Below the pieces are notes generated by a model. The model saw only the letters and a list, made by a program, of their open reading frames with translations, did no database searches and had not been told where the DNA came from. A stretch of 64,000 bases of DNA, taken from Phaeosaccion multiseriatum (lineage: Eukaryota > Protista > Ochrophyta, other classes). The position numbers and the translations under genes are program-made. The stretch spans positions 992,001-1,056,000 of the forward strand of contig OZ218954.1 of the NCBI GenBank assembly GCA_965112735.1, read 5' to 3'. Below are positions 60,535 through 64,000 of this stretch, piece by piece. How positions within the stretch are numbered: position 1 is the stretch's first letter; each line of letters opens with the position of its first letter.

Positions 60535-63500
60535 ACGAAAGAAAGAAAGCCTCCAGTCAATCAGTCAATGAGTCAGTCAGACACACAGAGGTGTCGGGGA
60601 GAGCGAGAGGGATGAGGTCGAGTCAGAGCGTCAGGACTCGGCCCCATATGCTTCTACCCACCCACCCATTGACATGCTACACGAACACAAGTTCACTGAC
60701 ATGGCGACGGCAGTGCCTGCCTCGTCTGTGCTCCTCAGCCCGGTCCTGACACCCACTCTCGGTCCTGACACCCACCCACGCACCCTCTGTCCTGACACCA
60801 CCCACCCATCCTCTATCCTGACACCCACCCACCCTCTGTCCTGACACCCACCCATTCACCCTCTGTCCTGACACCCACCCACCCTCTGTCCCGGCACCCA
60901 CCCCCCCCATTGACATACTACGCCCACTATTTGATTGACCGACCACCGCCCATCAACAGAAGTTCACCGTGATGGCGACTGTGGTGCCTGTGTCTGTGGA
61001 TCTGTCCACCGATCACCTCACCATGGCCTTCCCCAAGGGGCATCTCGAGCCGTGCCTGAGCAGCCCTGTCACCCTCGTGGTAAGTCAGTAAAGAAACGCT
61101 CCCTATAAAGTCAGCGAAACATGCCCTCCTCACTCTATTATCGTATCTTACACTTCAGTCACGGCCTTACTATGCTATTTGCTTCACTTACACACGCATA
61201 CATATACATACACACATATATTATGTAACAGTAATTGTCATATGTATATACATATTACATATATATATATCTATATATATGTATATATATGAATTGCAGA
61301 ATCTTCGATCAGTTCCATTTATGGTGTTCTTTTTTTAAGCTCTGAAAACTGAAAACTGATCTTACGTAAGTAACCCTCAGCGATACACTAGGAAGCCCTT
61401 CATTGACTTCCAACACAAAGTTGCTTAGTTTCTTAAAAGTAACCGCCGACCGTTCCTGCCTGTTGCCTTCATTGACAATCCCTTCCTTGACAACAACAAC
61501 AACAACAACGACAATAACCTGTTGGCCTGTCGGTTGTATACACGCACCACAGAACAATGGCAACGCCCCCTGTGAGTTCATGTGGAGCAGTCCTGTGGGG
61601 GCTTTCACCGTCAAGCCTGAGGCAGGAGTCATCCCTGGGGAGGGGGAGGCAACAGTGAGCATTACTTGGCGACCTCAGTCGGGCTACAAGACCAGCGAGA
61701 AGCTCACCGTACAGGTAAGTACAAGTCGTAGTAAGTCATTTGGCGGGGGGCGGGTAGTATGTCAGTGGGTGGGTGGGGAGTCAGTCAATGGGTGGGTGGG
61801 TAGTAAGTCAGTGGGTGCGTGGGGAGTAAGTCAGTGGGTGCGTGGGGAGTAAGTCAATGGGTGGATGCAGTAAGTCAACTGAGGTGTGTGTGGGTGTGTG
61901 TGCGTGTGTGTGGGAGGGGACAATTATGAGGGTGTTTTTGTGCTAAGCCTTCTTCTTTTACCCCCTTTTTTTTCCCTTATCACTCGCCTGCTTATATGCT
62001 TCTACTTGTTACAAAAAAGTTAGTTAATCGGTCCATCCACTGCCATCCACTGCCATCCACTGCCATCCACTGCCGTCCCCCCCTCCCCTCCCCTCCCCTC
62101 CCCCCTCTCCTCTTGACGCACACAAGCTTGTGGGTGGTCAGTCCCAATCTCTCACAGTGGAGGGTCACCTGGAGGAGGCCAAGTGTCGCTTCGTTGGCCC
62201 CGGGGGGGCGGCAGGAGGGGCAGGCAGGGGGGCAGGGGGGGGGCGAGGAGGAGGGGATCCCAAGGATGTTCCCAGCGTTGACTTTGGGACCTTCGCAGTA
62301 GGTGAGAGGGAGGGAGAGGAGGGGAAGAGGGACGGAGAGGAGAGGGAGAGGGAGGGGGGGAGGGGATGGGGGGAGAAAGACAGAGAGAGAGAAAAACTGA
62401 ATTCCTCCTCCTCCTCCTCCTCCTCCACCTCCTCCTCCTCCTCCTCCTCCTCCTCCTCCTCCTCCTCCTCCTCCTCCTCCTCCTCCTCCTCCTCCTCCTC
62501 CTCCTCCTCCTCCTCCTCCTCCTCCTCCTCCTCCTCCTCCTCCTCCTCCTCCTCCTCCTCCTCCTCCTCCTCCTCCTCCTCCTCCTCCTCCTCCTCCTCC
62601 TCCTCCTCCTCCTCCTCCTCCTCCTCCTCCTCCTCCTCCTCCTCCTCCTCCTCCTGCTGCTGCTGCTGCTGCTGCTACCCCATCCACTGCCATCCCTCCC
62701 TCCCTGCCCAGGCATCGAGCAAGTCCGCAAGGTGAAGCTGCAAAACATCGGCAAGGCTCCCGCTGTCTTCCTCATGGACACTCAGGTTAGCATCAGACAC
62801 AGGCACATCCCCATGGGTAGTAAAGGAAACAGGCGTATGGGTATGTAAGGGTGGGCAGGCATATGGGCAGGCATATGGGCCGAGGGAGGCATATGGGCCA
62901 TCTTCGTCATGGGGCACTCTTATGCCGATTATCGTCAGACGCCATCGACTGCCATCTTCCCCTTCTGGAGCCCACACGCCCATTCCTCCCTCTCTACTTC
63001 CTGTTAACCCCCCCCCCCTCCTCTCTCCCCTACCCCCCTCCATCCATCCCCCGTTCACCCCCCCCCCCCCCCCCCCCCCCCTGGTTCCTCTCCTCTCTCC
63101 CCTCTCTCTCTGTACCCCCACCCCTCCCTTCCAACAGGAGATGCACGCCCTCGGTGTAACCGTCACTCCGTCCAAAGGCCTCATTGCCCCCCGTTCCTCC
63201 CATGAGATTACCATTACCGTGCTCTGTCACTCGGAGCTCAACTTGGGTGGGGGGTCGAATACTTCGGAACATTGCATCGTCGCCAACATTAGGGGGGGAC
63301 GTGTGTGTAAGGTGAGTTGAGAGGAGTGCTGCTGTGAACTTGTTTCTTTATGCACTCTCTCTCTCTGTATCTCTCTCTGTGTGTCTCGCTCTCTCTGTCA
63401 CTCTGTCTCTCTCTCTCTTCCTCCCTCCCTCTCTTCTCTCTCTCTCTCTCTTTCTCCCTCTCTCTCTTGCCCCACCCATTGCCACCCCCCCCCCCTTAAC

Positions 63501-64000
63501 ACATCCACTGCCATCCCCCCGTCAACTGCCATCCTCCATGCCTGCAGATGCCCATCAAGGCGGTGGCGAACATCCCGGAAACTTCCGTGGTCCAGAAGGC
63601 CTTCGACTTCAAACGGGTGCGTGTGTGTGCTTGTGTGTTCCCACCCCGTCCCCCTCCCTCTCTCTTTCTCTTTGTGTGCATGCGTGTGTGTATGTGCGTA
63701 TGTGCGTGTGTGCGTGTGTGCGTGCGTGTATGCGTGTGTGCGTGTGTGTGTGTGTGCGTGTGCGTGTGCGTGTTTGTGAGTGTGTGCATCCATCCCCAGC
63801 CACCCAATGCCACCCACCCTTCCTCCCACTCCCTTCCTAACTCTCTCTCCCACGCACCCCTCTCCCACCCACCCCTCTCCCTTCCTCCTTCACTCCCTCC
63901 CTCCCTCCCTTCCTCCCTCCCTCCCTCCCTCCCTCCCTCCCTCCCTCCCTCCCTCCCTCCCTCCCTCCCTCCCTCCCTCCCTCCCTCCCTCCCTCCCTCC
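51353..64000 (+). CDS. CFAP47: CFAP47-like cilia/flagella protein with tandem ASH/PapD-like Ig domains; 5' part only, runs off the window
   Basis: [47 protein letters not shown] resembles the CFAP47 N-terminus. Repeated 'xDFG...LxNxG...F.V.P..G.I.P' ASH-type units follow over more than 20 exons. Confidence 0.75.
55891..56729. repeat. (CCCT)n microsatellite, ~840 bp
   Basis: Near-perfect tetranucleotide run in a CFAP47 intron. Confidence 0.98.
59352..60905. repeat. Three TGTCCTGACA minisatellite arrays in CFAP47 introns (59373-59720 C-rich, 59937-60058 G-rich, 60741-60900 C-rich)
   Basis: Directly visible. The orientation flips between intron 3' and 5' ends. Confidence 0.93.

Overview
Gene-dense, intron-rich nuclear DNA from a eukaryote. 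It is most likely a flagellated photosynthetic stramenopile (ochrophyte), inferred from bipartite plastid-targeting presequences and motile-cilium genes. Eleven spliced genes can be reconstructed: plastid LepA/EF4 (truncated at the window start), a WW-domain protein, STE24 CAAX protease, a TTLL3/8-like tubulin glycylase, a putative Tat-exported thylakoid-lumen protein with a CycH/CcmI-like C-terminal domain, a KIF9/KLP1-like kinesin, an L-type lectin, a large PPR protein, an LPLAT acyltransferase, DHCR24/DIMINUTO, and a CFAP47-like gene (truncated at the window end). Ten of the eleven sit in tight head-to-head pairs. Three features are not explained by the gene models. (1) A 15-16 bp motif, CTGTATCACCAACTGC, occurs more than 30 times on both strands, inside exons in several reading frames and at splice junctions. 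(2) Introns are strongly polar, with G/purine-rich repeats at the 5' end and C-rich, often complementary, repeats at the 3' end. (3) A reversible TGTCAGGACA minisatellite plus GTAAGTCAATGG cassette supplies a donor in one orientation and a branch point or acceptor in the other. Gene models and copy counts were made by eye, and no database search was run.
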